Positions 61,866 through 64,000 of a DNA stretch of 64,000 nt are shown here, in pieces. Every line of letters begins with the position of its first letter. Position 1 is the first letter of the stretch. The notes below the pieces were generated by a model that made no database searches, was not told where the DNA came from, and saw only the letters and a program-made list of their open reading frames with translations. This stretch comes from Octopus vulgaris (lineage: Eukaryota), in assembly GCA_951406725.2 (NCBI GenBank), contig OX597822.1, positions 33,356,001 through 33,420,000 of the forward strand, in the 5' to 3' direction. A program made the position numbers and the translations under genes.

Positions 61866-63464
61866 AGAGGCAGAGACACAGAGGGCATACATAGTTGTAT
61901 ATAGAAAATTATAAGAAATATGCATTGCGTGTTTGCAGATGAGTGTATAAACCTTTGGAACAGATCTCTACATATCGTATTAAATATATCTTTAGCTCCA
62001 TAGGATACACTCACTCATGCTGATAGTCTTTCAGTGCATGGTAAATTGGTTAAGAAGTACCACAGTATATATATAAATATATATATTCTTTTCTTCTTTT
62101 ATTGGTTTCAGTCATTTGACAGTGGCCACACTGGAGCACCACATTTAATCGAACAAATCGACCCCAGGGCTTATTCTTTCTAAGCCTAGTACTTATTTTA
62201 TCAATCTCTTTCGCCAAGCCACTAAGTTATGGGGATGTAAACAAACCAATATTTGTTGTCAAGCAATGGTGTGGGAACAAACACAGACACACAAACTTAT
62301 ATATACAACAGGCTTCTTTCAGTTTCCATCTGCCAAATTCACTCACAAGGCCTTGGTCGGCCCGAGGCTATAGTAAAAGATACTTGCCCAAGGGGCTACG
62401 CAGTGGAACTGAACCTGGAACCATGTGGTTAGGAAGCAAGCTTCTTATCACACAGCCATACCTATATATTGGTTTCGAATTTTGGCACAAGGCCAGCAAT
62501 TTAATGGGAGTGGTGAGGGTTAAGTTGATTACATCCACCTCAGTGCTCAAATGGTACTAATTTTATCAACCCTGAAAGAATGAAAGGCAAAGTTGACCCT
62601 GATGGAATTTGAACTAAGGATGCAAAGATGGACAAAATGCTGCAAAGAATTTATGCCTGGTGTACTAATAATTCTGCCAGTTGGCCGCTTTACAGTATAT
62701 ATGTATCAAATAGATTAACATCCATCTGTGTATACACATATAAACACACATACACACACACACATTCACACATGCACAATGCAAAAGTGAAAGTACATTG
62801 CTTAAAATAATGATAAAACATTAAACAATGATATATAATTTCTATTCCTTTGTATATTTTTCATTTGATTTAATTTTGTTCATTTAGAGGAAGAGTTGGA
62901 ACTAATTATTCACAGTTAGCAAATCAAAAATGAAAACTTGAATGATTTAACGAAGCTACAAATGATAATAGGAAAAACATAAAGAAAAAAAGAATACTTA
63001 TAAGAAGCAAATAAAAAAAATAAAAAAACTGAACTGAAAAACATCTAATATTGTTTTTTTTTAGTTTTTGAGTCTCTTTTCGCAATAATTAATGTGAAAT
63101 TAATAAAAAAAAAAAAATGGTTTTCTTTGTCACTATTTCACTTTTTAAGTGTTGTTGTAGTTATTAGCATGAAACAAACAAATTAAATAAAAAAAATTAA
63201 ACACAGAAATTAGATAAAGAAATTAAATAAAGAAAATATAAAATTAAAGAAAATATAAAAAGAAATAAAGAAAAAATAAACACAAATACATGCAACCCAT
63301 TTAATGAAAAACAAAAAGGTTACGACAAAGAAATATGATATTCCGGAAATATGAATTAAATCGAAAAGATTGAAGTTGTAACACATTTATCGTGTTAGTA
63401 AAACTGGATACAAGGACGTGAAAGAAAGAAATTTATATATATATATATATGCATCACAAAGTTT

Positions 63465-63652
63465 TGTCAGTGAACAGGTCGCGGTCTCAGAGCGACAAAA
63501 ATATTTTGACAAATTAAATTTAAATGTTGAAGTGAATCTAACGGTTTTTGTGTGTTTCTTAAATGGCTTATAAACGCCCTTCCACGCTGCAACTGTTTTC
63601 GTTCCAGCACACAATCTCAGATCAAGTCACTTGCTATGCAAGTACATCTCCC
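63465..63652 (+). mobile_element. Probable Penelope-like terminal remnant in (TA)n
   Basis: ttgtca-gtgaaca-ggtcgc...gcgaca-aaaatattt-tgacaa has hammerhead-like topology with a mutated core. Confidence 0.35.
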
Positions 63653-64000
63653 TATATATATATATATATATATGTTGTGGAAATAATAGCATAATATGAT
63701 AGAATTTCTAGGATAAACTGTAAAAATGGTTTTCTGAGATTATGCAATTATGTCATCAGGTGTACAAACAAGTTGTAACAGTCCTGAAAAATTGAGAATC
63801 TACACATGGCACTGAGTTGTTGGCTTGTGCAACCAGTAAGTGAATTACACAACTTTGATGTAATCTCACAAGTGGTAAGAAGCATGCTTACCAACCACAT
63901 GGTTCCAGGTTCAGTCCCGCTGCATGGCACCTTGGGCAAGTGTCTTCTGCTATAGCCTCAGGCCAGCCAATTAGAGAAAAACCACTATTATGCAATTCAA

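Overview
AT-rich, microsatellite- and SINE-saturated eukaryotic genomic DNA. The repeat families look like those of a coleoid cephalopod, most likely Octopus (inferred from repeat sequence and style, not from a search). The only host gene I can support is the 3' part of a minus-strand cation-chloride cotransporter of the SLC12A1-3/NKCC branch. Six GT-AG exons (32332-32087, 28255-28141, 25333-25247, 22840-22723, 20086-20019, 18283-18148) splice in frame to about 255 aa, containing [21 protein letters not shown] and ending [12 protein letters not shown]. The 31 kb above them has no normal-sized exon, but it holds a well-flanked 9-nt candidate microexon (55204-55212) and a weaker 30-nt candidate. 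Both keep the frame. The rest is interspersed repeat: several tRNA-derived SINE families, LINE 3' ends (RTE, CR1-group), Penelope-like remnants with minimal hammerhead-ribozyme motifs, Helitron-like, piggyBac-, Merlin-, hAT- and Tc1/mariner-type non-autonomous elements, a 28 x 30-bp minisatellite and many microsatellites. There is no CRISPR array, rRNA or true tRNA gene. I cannot claim a wholly new system. The best leads are the microexon(s), the hammerhead cluster at 43 kb, a LINE/SINE pair sharing a 3' tail, and dsRNA-forming inverted repeats next to exons.
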